From positions 644,543-708,542 of the forward strand of contig NIVC01000200.1 of NCBI GenBank assembly GCA_002269645.1: a stretch of 64,000 bases of DNA, in the 5' to 3' direction. Below are positions 1 to 12,007 of this stretch, piece by piece (the first letter of the stretch is position 1; each line of letters opens with the position of its first letter). This DNA is from Macrostomum lignano. Its lineage: Eukaryota. Both the position numbers and the translations under genes were made by a program. The notes beneath the pieces are model-generated. The model ran no database searches. It had not been told where the DNA came from and worked only from the letters and a program-made list of their open reading frames with translations.

Positions 1-60
1 TGTCAGGGGGGGGGGGGAATTCCCCCTCTTGGTAGTTCGATCGGCGGAAAATGGCTTGGC

Positions 61-824
61 TGTGACGTTGTCAGTTTCAGTGGCCCGCCAAGGGCCGTTT
101 TGACATGGTACCGATCTTTAATATTGCCGGTATTGTATTTTAACGTAGTGCCCTAAGAATTTTATTCAACTGCGTACAATTGTAAACTCTGCGTACAGCG
201 CGCGATCAATAATTTCTGTTCCTGTTTTTTACAGTTAGCCAATAGAAATACGCCGCATAAATTATACTAATTTCTCTCGCGCGCCACCCCCCCAGCCCGG
301 TCCTTATCAGCTCTGTCTGGCCGTGCGCTCGGGGCCTTTTCACTTTCTTTCGTCCCTTTGCTCGTCCCTTTCGTCTCTCGCTCCGCCTTTAGCTCCGCCT
401 CTCGCTCCGGGCGCTCTGTCTGCCCTACTGTTTAGACTTTAACTCCGCCGCCACCCCGTCTGGGGCCTGTTAGACTTCGTTAGCCTCTCGCACCCTTGCG
501 AGTCTGTGTAGCCTGTAGGCTCTGACTGCCTTATTTAGTCACTAGCCGTCTCTGCTAGTTCTAGCCACGTCTTTGCCACTCCTAGCTACGCCTTTGCCAA
601 TCCTAGCCACGCCACATCTAATATTTAAGCTAATTATTATATTGTTGTGTAGCCGCCAGTGCATTGTTAATCAAAGTAAAGGAAGTAACAATAAACCAAA
701 TCTGCATCCTACGTTAGTATTAACGCTGATCCGATTACTGCCAAGTGCTACCGCTATAATTCTGCCTCTACCACATTTATTTGTCTTCGTTCGCTCTCCA
801 GGCCACCACGCTAATAATGTCACA
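61..824. mobile_element. Solo LTR (764 bp, Ty3/Gypsy-like) inserted upstream of TRP copy 1
   Basis: Begins TGTGACGTTGTCAG and ends CTAATAATGTCACA (11/14 inverted match). Flanked by 4-bp TSD TGGC (57-60, 825-828). The paralogous region at ~19052-19070 reads GGCTTGGCATTCC with no insert, giving the empty site. Contains AATAAA at ~630. Confidence 0.85.
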
Positions 825-1201
825 TGGCATTCCTACTGTTAAAGCTAGCTTTTATTGACTGTGTAGTGATGGCTATAGCTAAGTAATGAAGAATACCGGT
901 ATTTCGTTGGTAGAGTCCACGAGCCGCTTCCAAATACTAATTAATTAGATGATTGCGGGAGCTGACAGTTACAAAGCAAAATAAAGTTTATTAAGTCAGA
1001 TGATTGAGAGTCAATATAGTATCTGCAGAAAAAGGGATCGGTAATATGGACTCTGGACTAATCAAGTCAATACACAATCCGGTTATAAAGCAGTATTTGG
1101 TTAGCCCGCAGTTGCTACTTTTTTGTCAATTTGACTTTCTGGCAACTGTAGCGAAGTTCACTATCACGCAAAGCTTAACGAAGACTACACAAGTTTTGAG
1201 C

Positions 1202-3113
1202 ATGCACGATACAGTGGATGAGCTGGTCACCGATGCGGACTTTGAGACCATGGAACTGCTGTGCGACTGCAATTTCGACCAGTTCCTGGCCGCTTTGAAG
1301 CGTCGACCTGTCGAGTTGCTTCGCCTTCGGCACAACGACTGTCGGTTCTGCTGCGACAGCGACCGCCGCGACGCTGCACTTCCGGCGGTGAGTTCGATGA
1401 CGAACACTTCAAGATGTCGCCATTTGGTCTCATTCTGCTATCGAGAGACGACGAGTTGGTCAGCGAGGCAATCCACCTGATTGTCAGTCTCGACTTGTGG
1501 ACACCGCTAGATGCGCCTTGTTCCAACTGGTTGACTTCTGCTGCTCCAGTCTGGCCTGTTCCACTGACGAGATGCAGCTGGCCAGATTCTTTGTCCGCCT
1601 CTCTCGTCGGCATGGAGAATCGTGTACTCGACTGCTCACTGTAGAAATGACCGACGAATGCTTGACAGTTCTTGAGTACGCTGCTGCCAGAGACTGCTTT
1701 CATCTGGCCGCTGCGTTCGCCAACGCTCCCGGCTACCTACTCAAAGAACGGAGGCATCCAACGGATCCGAGCCTGACTATCCAGGAGTTCGACCTCTCCT
1801 GCTACTGCAGCGATGGTGGTGACCGATTCCTAAAATCTCCGTTCCAGCATCTGACCAGGCTCGGACAAGTCATTCTGAGTGAGAACATTCCTAGTGGCTA
1901 TGTTTGCTTTTACAATAGTCCGGCAACACAGGCCTACTTCACCAGCATTGTGCACCTGAAAAAGAGTCAAGCAATGTCGTTTGTGTCACTGTTCTATTAT
2001 TTTTTTCTGTACACGACAGAGCTGTTGACACTTATGGTTCGGATATTCACGAGGGACACGTTCGACTCCAATGTGCAGGTGTTCCTTGCTGGTACAGACA
2101 ATTCCAATCAGTCTTATCTTCAGCTCATTCCAGCTTCTGTCGTATCCGGGTTCAGGCCCGTCTTGTACCTGCGCATCGGTCTCCAGGTAGTATTCATACT
2201 GTTTCTGTCGTCTTGGATAGTTACTAGATTGATGGATTATCGAAGCCAACTTAAGTTGGTGCGCAAGCGTCACACTGGACTGCAATTGTGCAAAGATACT
2301 CTGGCAATGAGAGGAGTAAGGTTAACAGAACTATTCTTTATTGTATTCATTTTCCAACAGATTTTGTCAATTGTCTTGGAGCAGAGCTTTTTTAACGATC
2401 CTGCGAGCTACTTTGAACTCGACGGTCGTCTGATTGTGGATCCAACTCGTCTGCAGACCATCATTGTGTGCAACATCTTGTTTTCTTTTCTCATGCTGTA
2501 CTTCTTCATGTGCGAAATGAGTTCATTTCATCAGGTGTTTTTCAAGCTTGCCTTCTGCATGAGCGCAACAATAAAGGTAACGATTATCGTAATGCTCCCG
2601 GTGTCAATGGTTTGCGTTACAATGATTTTTAGCCAACCTTTCATCGAATGCTCGTTTTACTCGTGGGCTTGCGTCGTGGAGTACATTGGCCGTACGTTTC
2701 GCTGCGCATTCAGCCTCGCCAGCTTTCCTGGCGTGAGCGACTACATCTCGTTGCTGCCTCTAGTGGGCACGTTTCTTCTAGTAGCAGTCTTTGTGTTAAA
2801 CTTTGGCGTAGCTCTACTGACCCAACAGATCGACTTGCTGCAGAAGAATTTCGAATTTCGTCAGACCATTTTAAACTTTTATTGGCCAAGTCAGATAGAG
2901 CTGGTTCGAAGTCGGTTCTTTAAAGCCTTCAAGAAGCATCGCCCATCGGTGATAATGCGGCGCACCCTGTCTCGACTCTGCTCGAATTGCAAGCCTAATA
3001 ATACCACCGGGAACAACAACTGCAACTGCAGTATTAGCAGTGAAGACGCCGATTGTGCCTGCGTGCCAAATTGTCTGCGGCACACGTTTAGAAAGGTTTC
3101 CACAGCAGGGTGA
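1202..3113 (+). pseudogene. Divergent TRP(V)-like cation channel, copy 1, with two 1-bp frameshifts (~1385, ~1500)
   Basis: Near-identical to the intact ORF 19438-21354. The N-terminus is split over ORFs 1004..1480, 1261..1644 and 1497..3113 by single-base deletions relative to copy 2. May be a pseudogene or an assembly error. Confidence 0.7.
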
Positions 3114-3686
3114 ATGTGCCGACGCTTCATCATGTGCAGAATAAGAACCAGTGAAAGCAGTTCCTGGAGTTTTGTTTTTGACAAAAGCGAAATTAATTAT
3201 TTGGCTAAATATTGTAATTATAAACTTTTTGGACCTTGGACGCCGTATAGTGCTACATTATTTTTTGGTTAGCACGGCTACCTTGCACTGTTTTAGGAGA
3301 TGAATAATGTAGCCCTGTAAATACCGAATCACATCACTTCATTTCATTCACACCGCCTCCCTTTCTTCCTCCAATCTTGGCAATTGCCTCCATTGGCTTG
3401 GAGGGCCCTAATATTCGCACCATCATACTTGCATACGCGCCTCACTCTCTGATCATATTTATGTTTTATTCTACTTACCATAGTAGTCAAGCACATATAA
3501 TATTTTTTCTGTTTTTACGAGCGTACTGCACCCGAACATTTGCGCAATTTTGTGCCATTTTCTGCTCTGTTTCTTTCTGTAATTTGAATAGCTTTGGTAG
3601 GTTGCTACGCCTAATACGCTCGTAATAATAACAACGTTATCATTTGAGGCGTTATCTTACAAAATGATTATGAATCATCTTGACTA

Positions 3687-3754
3687 TTTTAGCTTAGCGA
3701 CATGTTTCGCCACACATGTGGCATCGTCAGGCGATGAGTTCTGATAGGCTAAAA
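3687..3754 (-). ncRNA. Minimal type I hammerhead ribozyme (Penelope-element type)
   Basis: Minus strand reads GC-CUGACGA-U-GCCAC(AUGU)GUGGC-GAAAC-AU-GUC-GC. This gives the conserved CUGANGA/GAAA core, a 5-bp stem II, a palindromic ACAUGU stem III and a GUC cleavage triplet. Distal TTTTAGC/GCTAAAA can extend stem I; proximal stem I is only 2 bp. Confidence 0.7.
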
Positions 3755-3902
3755 GCAGGCCTAGAAAAAAAATAAGTGGATGAAATAGAAGGGGTGAAAT
3801 TCTAACAAAAGTTGTGGTAGGTGAACGCACGGTAAATGACGTTCACCTGACTTTTCTTATCTTGTACTGTCTGTCCAGACGCGCCGGCACACGTTTAGAA
3901 AT

Positions 3903-6900
3903 TGTTTGGGAGGTAGATTATTAACTTATTGATTTTCTTTCCATCGCATGATTTAATGTACTGCTTTATTCAGTTCGCTATGTACGCGGGTCTAGTTCAG
4001 GCCCATTTCACCCACCCCCCACCGCTGACTGATATTCTGGCTGACTTGCAAATAAATATAGCATCGAGAGGGCTTGCGAGCCCTGTGTACTGTTTACGTT
4101 TTTCGTTTTGTTAGCGTCTCGCTTGAGCCTCAGCTCCAAAATAGTTTGGCGGACCATCGGTCTCTTCATTTCTACAGTACATTTTGGTAGCAGAGCGTGG
4201 TTGGACAAGCCTAACTTACCACTGACGTGGCAAGCAATAGAATCCTACTGTGAAACGAAGGACCAAGATGGACAGTGACGACGCCAATGAACAACAGCAG
4301 GAAGCCCAAGACGATGCCGGCGCGCTGCGTTTAGAGAAGCTGCGCTTCGAGAAATCCCGGAAAAAATCAGTGTTCACTCGTTGCAAAAACAAGCTGTCTT
4401 GGCTGCTAAAGACGCGCGCCTCTGATGACGAAGTGCAAGCTGCCTGCGACGCTCTATCCGACCTGCAGGACCTGGTCAGCGCCATCCAGGAAGAACTGCA
4501 TCAAAGCTACGCCGACGCCAAGGACAACGAGAGGCGACAGCGCCTACTAGAAGAGATGGAGGAGACTGAGCGTGACTACCAAGCTGCCATTCAGCGCGTC
4601 GAAAGTTCCAGAAACCGGGGATTGCAGCGCGCCCAAGAAGCCCCTCCTGCCGCGAGTTCAAGCGGTGAGAACGCTGCGGGTGACCAAGAAGAAGCAGCTG
4701 GTGAGTTAGACAAACTTTCTGGCAGTGCTGCGTCCAGCAAAGGATCCAACGCGAAGGAGCTTTCAAAGGATTTGTGGAAGATGCTGAAGCGTGTTGAAAT
4801 CCCAACGTTTAGTGGAGAAAAGCAGAAGTATGAAAACTGGAAGGCAGCCTTTGTTGCGTGCATCGACAGCGCCCCTGCAACACCAGAATTCAAGTTGCTG
4901 CAGCTTAGGCAGTACCTCAGCGGTGAAGCTTTGAAGGTTATAGAACATCTAGGACACTCCGCTGCTGCATATGAGGCTGCAAAAGAGAGACTAGAGAGAG
5001 AATTTGGTGGACAGCGTAGGCAACTTGCTCTGCACTTGGAAGAGCTGGACAGCTTCCCGATCGTGCGAAATGGAAACGCCAAGGATCTCAAAAGCTTTGC
5101 TAATCTACTGGATGTGGCTGTCGTTAACCTTGAGGGTGCGGGTAAAGAGGCAGAGCTTCAAGACGGGATGTTGTATGTGAGGCTGCAGAAAAAGTTGTCT
5201 GAGCAGATGGTTACCAGCTTCCGGAGGTGGATCTTTAAGCAGCGGAAGCCGCAGAGTGTTAGAAATCTGAGAATTTGGGTGCTGCAAGAAGCAGAGTTTC
5301 AGACTGAAGCGTCAGAGATTGTGCAGGGCGTTGCCACCGTGCAGCAGGAGCGTCAAAAGCGAGAGCAGCGACCAAAGACTTTCGTTACTACGGACAGTGA
5401 CAAGAAGGTACAGCGAAAGATTTGCATTGTTTGTCAAGGTGATCACGAGCTGTGGTCCTGCAGTGAGTTCAAGGAGCTTCCGGTGGAAAAACGCTGGGAC
5501 GCGGCGCAGAGCTCGAAGTGTTGTTTCCGGTGCTTGGGCCAAGGACATCTTGGCAGCCAATCTCGGCACGGTCGTCGGTGCGGCATCAACAGCTGCACAA
5601 AGTTCCATCATCGCCTGCTTCATGCAGAAAAAGTGTTGGCCAAGTCTGGTGAAGCGAAGCAGACTGCATCCAAGGACGCTAAATCCGCTTCCAGTTCAGG
5701 AAAGACTGGACCGGTGACGCTTCTGTCAGCTGGTGAAATGGCAATCTCGTTACGAACGGTGCCTGTAGTCCTACGGAACGGGTCCCGGAAGCTGAAGGTG
5801 AACGCCTTGCTCGACGATGCCAGTACCAAGAGCTACATCAACATCGGGATAGCAGAGGCGCTTGGAGTGCATGGAGCGCTCGAAAAGGTGAAAGTCGGAG
5901 TCATCAATGGCCAAACAGAGATCTTCATGACAGCCCCAGTCTGCTTTAGCTTGGAAAGTCTGGATGGTCAGACCAGCTTAATGATCGTCGCCTTCACCGC
6001 TGATCACGTGACCGGGTCCCTCAAAGGCGTCGACTGGCACGAAGAAGCGCAGCAGAGGCCTCATCTGAGAAATGTGCCGTTTCCGAAGCTGTGTGAGCCT
6101 GCAGTAGTGGACTTGCTGATTGGTGCTGATCACCCGGATCTTCACGTGTCCCTCAAGGAAATCGTCGGACAGCCGCTGGAGCCAAAGGCGCGCCTGACTC
6201 CCCTGGGTTGGACGTGCATCGGTCGCACAGAGCAGGACAATTCTGAAATGCAGAACGCCCATTTCGCTGCCACTTTCTTCAGCTGCGATTCCGAATCTGG
6301 TCAGGTGGCTAAGATCCTGCGGCAGTTTTGGGAGATCGAGAACGTCTCAGAAGGTGCCAATCGAAGTCCGCTGACCGCCGATGAAGAGAGAGCCGTCCAG
6401 CAAGCCAAGTCGTCGCTGAAGTACATGAAGGGCCGTTACCAGATCGGGATTCCATGGAAAAAGGATCGGCTGGCTCCAGCAGGCACTTTCTCAATGGCCT
6501 TGAAGCGACTAAAGAACACCGAACTGCGGCTGATTAAGGATGTGCACGTCTGCAAGCAGTATCAGGAGATCCTTGAAAAGTATGAACAGCAAGGTTATAT
6601 CCGAAAAGTGTCGCAAGCTGAGACTGAAGACCGCTGTTTCCTGCCGCACTTCCCAGTGCTGCGGCCAGACAAGGCTACAACAAAAGTGCGGATAGTCTTT
6701 GATGCATCGGCTGCCAGATTGAACGAGAAGATCCTCCAGGGCCCCAAACTGCAGAGGGATTTGGTTGACGTGCTGCTTCGGTTCCGCCGACACCCGATTG
6801 CGATCGCATGCGATGTAGCGGAAATGTATCTCTAGATCGAGATGGATCCGAAGGACAGGCCGCTGCACAGTTTCCTTTGGCGGGACGCCGATCCTTCAAA

Positions 6901-9900
6901 GCAACCGGATGTCTACGAGTTCAACAGAGTGGTGTTCGGCGTCACCAGCTCTCCTTTCTTGGCACAGTTCGTTACCCGCTGCCATGCTGAAAAGTTAAAA
7001 GGTGAGCTTCCAAAGGCGGCCGAGACAGTACTGCACTCTACCTATATGGATGACAGCCTGGACTCTGCGCCCACCGAGGCAGCCGCCTGCAGGCTGTACG
7101 ATCAACTCAGTGAGCTCTGGAGGCGCGCCGGCATGCACGCGCGCAAGTGGGTCTCGAACTCGAGAGCTGTGCTCGATAGAATCCCGCCTGAAGACCGTGC
7201 AGCAGAAGTTACCTTGGACAGCAAAGAACTACCAAGCACCAAGACACTGGGTGTCACGTGGCAGAGTGAGCAGGACGAATTTACCTTTAAAGATGAAAAC
7301 GAGTCGCGTCAGGTGACCACAAAAAGAGGTCTGCTGAAGAAGATAGCGAGCGTCTTTGATCCACTTGGACTGATCTCTCCATTTGTCGTGCAGGCGAAGA
7401 TTCTGATGCAGGAGCTTTGGCAGACAGGTATTGATTGGGATGAACCGCTGAATGCAGAACTTAGTGCGAGAGTGAGCGCCTGGTGTATTGACCTGAAGCA
7501 TTTAAGCGAGATTCGGCTTTCCAGGGCGCTTGAAGGAGAAAATTCCCTGTCGGGTAGTCTGCACGTGTTCGTTGACGCATCCGAGAAAGCTTACGGAGCT
7601 GTATGCTACTGGAGAAGTGAAACGGCAACTGACAGTGAACGTTCTGTTCGACTTATCATCTCGAAGACTCGAGTAGCTCCAATCACAACCATGAGTACAC
7701 CGAGGTTGGAGCTGATGGCAGCAGTTCTGGGAGTCCAACTCGCAAGCAAAGTAGCGCAGTCATTGCAAGTGCCGCTTCGTGACGCAGTTTTTTGGTCTGA
7801 CAGCTTAAACGTGTTGTACTGGATTCGTGGCCGAGGAAAAATGTTCAAGCCGTTTGTCTCCTCTCGAGTGGGCGAGATCCAAGCTTCAACGGAGCCGAAC
7901 CAGTGGAGATATGTTTCGACGGAAAAGAATCCGGCAGATCTGCTCTCTCGAGGACTATCGATCAAGGCAGTGGCGGCTAGCCAGTTGTGGTGGCATGGAC
8001 CTCAGTTTCTCTTAGAAGAGGCAGAGAATTGGCCAAAGAACAAAGTAACAAAGTGCAGGTTCCTGAGCAGGTGGAAGAGAGACGCAGATGCGAGGATCAG
8101 TCGCCGGCCGGTGAGAGCCAGAGAACGTATGTCACCGATGTGCTAGAGCGCAATCATCGACTGGAGCCAGAGCGCTTCTCCAGCTGGATCAGAGCTGTCC
8201 GTGTTCACGCTTGGGTGGCCAGGTTCGCTAACAACTGCCGTTTGATGAAAGAACACCGAGATACTGGCGAGCTATCACCAGCAGAGATTGAAGCAGCTGA
8301 ATCGAAGATCATCCAGAGAGCCCAGAAAGAAACGTTTGCGGAAGAGATCGCTTGTCTGCGAGCAGGAAAGCAGTTGCCGGGACGCAGTGTGATTTCTAAC
8401 TTGAACCCGAAGCTCGACGTCAACGACCTGCTTCGCGCTGATGGGAGACTAAATTTATCCGATGTGATACCGTTTAGCGCTCGATTTCCCATCATTCTGC
8501 CAAGATCACACCGCGTGACGGAGCTCATCGTGAAGCATCACCACGAAAGTGTCCAACATCTAGGCACAAACCAAACTCTGGTGGCACTGTCAAACCGATT
8601 TTGGATCATCTCGGCCAGAGAAGCCATCAAGTCTTGGGAAGCAAAGTGCGCCGAATGTCGCCGACGGAAAGCCAGACCAGCCAGCCAGATTATGGCCCCC
8701 CTTTCCCGCTTGCCGATTCAAGGAGCCGCTTCGTGCCTTCGCTCGGGTCGCTGTCGACTTTGCCGGTCCATTCATCACCAAGCAGGGCCGTGGCAAGGCT
8801 CGGCAGAAAAGGTACCTGGCATTGTTCACCTGCTTGGCAACGCGAGCTGTACATCTGGAAGTGGCATTCGGCATGGATACCGATTCCTTCCTACGGACTC
8901 TACAGCGGATGATCAGTCGACGAGGCCAACCGATCGAGCTGTTCTCGGAAAACGGCACGAACTTCGTCGGTGCGGCGCGCGAGCTTCGAGAACTAGTCGA
9001 CGTCTTGGATACCCAGAAGCTTCAACAGCGAACGGCTTCTCAGCAGTTGCGATGGCATTTCAACCCGCCCGCTGCGCCGCACTTCGGTGGGGTGCACGAA
9101 ATCATGATCAAAGCAGCGAAGAAGGCAATCTGGGCAGTTCTGAAGGAGGCGGACGTCACGGATGAGGAGCTGCTAAGCGCGTTTGCTGGAGCGGAGGCAC
9201 TTCTGAATTCAAGGCCGTTGACGTACCAGACGGCGCATCCGAGTGATGATGTGCCGCTGACGCCGAATCACTTCCTCATCGGGCAAGTCGGCGGGAAGTT
9301 TGCACCGGAGGTCGACGCTGCCATCGCCCGCAGTCCTTCAAGAAGATGGCGTCACGTTCAGCAGCTGGTGTCGCAGATCTGGCGCCGGTGGTTGCGCGAG
9401 TGGCTGCCGGGACTTGCACCGCGGAGCAAGTGGCGCTGCTGGTGAGCCCCGACTCGCCTCGGGGTCACTGGCCGCTGGCTCGCGTGCTGGAGGTCATGCG
9501 CGGTTCGGACGGTCACGTGAGAGTCGCCTCAATCAGAGTCGGTGATCGCACAATGATGAGACCAATAACAAAATTGTGTCCAATATCTGCAGGTTAGTTT
9601 GCGAACCTTTGCTAGAGAATTTGACTTTGTCAGGTTTTGCAATTCTTCTGATGAGTTTTTCAATTTTCCTGTTTTTTGAATTGTTCGTATTGTCTTTTTT
9701 CTCTTTCCTGCTAATAGGATTCACCCTGTGTTGCAGTCATAACCCAATTTTTGTATTCAGTTTGCAATGCGAATAACATTCATTATTTATTATTTATATA
9801 TTTTCTTACGTAATTTTTTGCTGGATGGACGTTACGGTCTATTGAATTTGTTGGCAAGGTTTGTCTTTTGCGCTTTTTGAGTTTTTTACGAGCGATGTTT

Positions 9901-10616
9901 GCATTCTTTGAGCTCTACTTAATATTTCTTGATTTTCTGCGCTTAGAAGTAGTTTTGCATAGTTTTTCCATAGTTTTGCACCAGTTACGACCTTTTGATA
10001 GTCCAATGCTTACAATTATTGTTTCAGTTTTTGTTTCAGTTGCGTTTGGTGGCGGAAGTCTGCGTTCGTGTTCAATTTTGAATTTTTCTTGATAGCTGAC
10101 GTACTTTTGCAAAATTTTCGATTGTCATCTACGATCTGCGTATTTATCTTCATATTTTGCTCTAATTTCTACCATTCACAATGTCGCCATCAATGTTCAT
10201 GCCACGTTTGCTTGTTTGCTTTTGCATTTGATTTTGCATCATGCATAATTTTCGAATACTTTTCTAATATTCGTTTTTTATTTCATCCCATCATCCTTCG
10301 AATAGTTTTTTGTCATTGTTATGCCAAGGTGGGGGTATGTTTGGGAGGTAGATTATTAACTTATTGATTTTCTTTCCATTGCATGATTTAATGTACTGCT
10401 TTATTCATTTCGCTTTGTACGCGGGTCTAGCCCAGGCCCATTTCACCCACCCCCCACCGCTGACTGATATTCTGGCTGACTTGCAAATAAATATAGCATC
10501 GAGAGGGCTTGCGAGCTCTGTGTACTGTTTACGTTTTTCGTTTTGTTAGCGTCTCGCTTGAGCCTCAGCTCCAAAATAGTTTGGCGGACCATCGGTCTCT
10601 TCATTTCTACAGTACA
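3903..10616 (+). mobile_element. BEL/Pao LTR retrotransposon, full length but degenerate
   Basis: 279-bp LTRs at 3903-4181 and 10338-10616 (TG...CA, 6 mismatches by eye). PBS TGGTAGCAGAGCGTGGTT at ~4185 is complementary to the initiator tRNA-Met 3' end. Purine tract at 10326-10337. 5-bp TSD GAAAT/GAAAG with one mismatch. Confidence 0.93.
4250..9597 (+). pseudogene. BEL/Pao gag-pol polyprotein (gag with Cys/His knuckles, aspartic protease, RT, RNase H, integrase), disrupted
   Basis: Motifs CIVC..H..C, ALLDDAS, VRIVFDAS, YMDD, LHVFVDASEKAYGA, PRLELMAA, NPADLLSRG, HFNPPAAPHFGG and LTPNHFLIG. In-frame TAG at ~6833 and frameshifts near 8050, 8700 and 9440. Confidence 0.9.
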
Positions 10617-11210
10617 GAAAGGTTTCCACTGCAGGGTGAATGTGCCGACGCTTCATCATGTGCAGATTAAGAACCAGTGAAAGCAGTTCCCGGAGTTTTG
10701 TTTTTGACAAAAGCGAAATTAATTATTTGGCTAAATGTTGTAATTATAATTTTTTGGACCTTGGACGCCGTATAGTGCTACATTATTTTTTGGTTAGCAC
10801 GGCTACCTTGCACTGTTTTAGGAGAAGAATAATGTAGCCCTGTAAATACCGAATCACATCACTTCATTTCCTTCACACCGCCTCCCTTTCTTTCTCCAAT
10901 CTTGGCAATTGCCTTCATTGGCTTGGAGGGCCGGCGCTAATATTCGCACCATCATACTTGCATACGCGCCTGACTCTCTGATCATATTTATGTCATATTC
11001 TACTTACCATAGTAGTCAAGCACATATAATATTTTTTCTGTTTTTACGAGCGTACTGCACCTGAACATTTGCGCAATCTTGTGCCATTTTCTGCTCTGTT
11101 TCTTTCTGTAATTTGAATAGCTTTGGTAGGTTGCTACGCCTAATACGCTCGTAATAATAACAACGTTATCATTTGAGGCGTTATCTTACAAGATGATTAT
11201 GAACGATATA

Positions 11211-11823
11211 TACTCAGCAACAGCCAAACCCCCCCACTCACGCTGTCACACGGCCTAAAAGTTTTGTATGCCATCGGTGACTCAGAAATGTGTGAAGGCT
11301 GCCGCCGCCAGACGCGAGCGCAAAGTGCAGCATGGGGGATTTGGGGAGGGGGTGGCGCAACTCAACCCACTGGTGGCTGCATTGCTGCAAAGTTTCTGCC
11401 ATTTGCTACGACAACCTTTGGCGGCCCGCAGAACTGCATGCTTCAAGACGACAACGCTGCGCCACATCGAGTAGCACACGTGCAGCTGCTGAAGGAGCAG
11501 CTCGGCATTCGCACATTGAACTGGCCGTCAAAGTCTCCAGACATGAACCCCATCGAGCATGTCTGGGACTTTGTAAAGCGAAGAGTTCAGCAGGATGCCC
11601 CACAGAATGCTGAAAAGTTGCGACTGGCGGTGCTGAATGCCTGGCAGCAGCTGCCCCAAGAGTTCATCAACCGGCTGGTGATCAGGATGCCACGACGAGT
11701 CACGGCACTTTTGCATGCTCGTGGTTCCTACACACGATACTGAGACTGGAATTAAAGACATTGCTTAACTTTTGTGCCCGTGTGGCAGCGTGAGTTGGGG
11801 GGGGGTTTAGCTGTTGCTGAGTA
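11211..11823 (+). mobile_element. Internally deleted Tc1 (DD34E) DNA transposon
   Basis: ~57-bp imperfect TIRs starting TACTCAGCAACAGC and TA TSDs. ORF 11264..11743 has QDDNAAPH...WPSKSPDMNPIEHVW with 34 residues between D and E and ends in GSYTRY. Confidence 0.9.
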
Positions 11824-11835
11824 TATTTTAGCTTA

Positions 11836-11871
11836 GCGACATGTTTCGCCACACATGTGGCATCGTCAGGC
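11836..11871 (-). ncRNA. Second copy of the hammerhead ribozyme core
   Basis: Core sequence identical to 3697-3732. The distal stem I partner is lost because the duplicated block ends at ~11876. Confidence 0.6.
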
Positions 11872-11889
11872 GATGATCCATTAGTGCCC

Positions 11890-11990
11890 TAGTGAAGTGT
11901 ACATGCCTAACGATAAATAAAGTTAGGGCTGCTGTTCATTCCTGAGTGTGTGCCTGTGCGTATGACTGCGTTTCCGCGCGTTCTTGTGTG
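11890..11990 (+). repeat. Fragment of a dispersed SINE-like repeat (also 45050-45240, 46545-46600 minus, 55735-56030)
   Basis: AGTGAAGTGTACATGCCTAACGATAAATAAAGTTAGGG is shared exactly with ~55863-55900. Confidence 0.65.
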
Positions 11991-12007
11991 CCTGCTTCGG
12001 TGATGTA

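Larger units (their letters stand above)
10617..11875 (+). repeat. Duplicate of the TRP 3' end and 3' flank (3079-3736), interrupted by the BEL and Tc1 insertions
   Basis: 3887-3902 + 10617-11208 + 11826-11875 align to 3079-3736 once the two insertions are removed. Confidence 0.85.

Noticed and set aside
573-842. 89-aa ORF and other short ORFs within LTRs (3929..4114, 10364..10549)
   Set aside because: They lie inside LTR sequence, use non-ATG starts and resemble no known protein.
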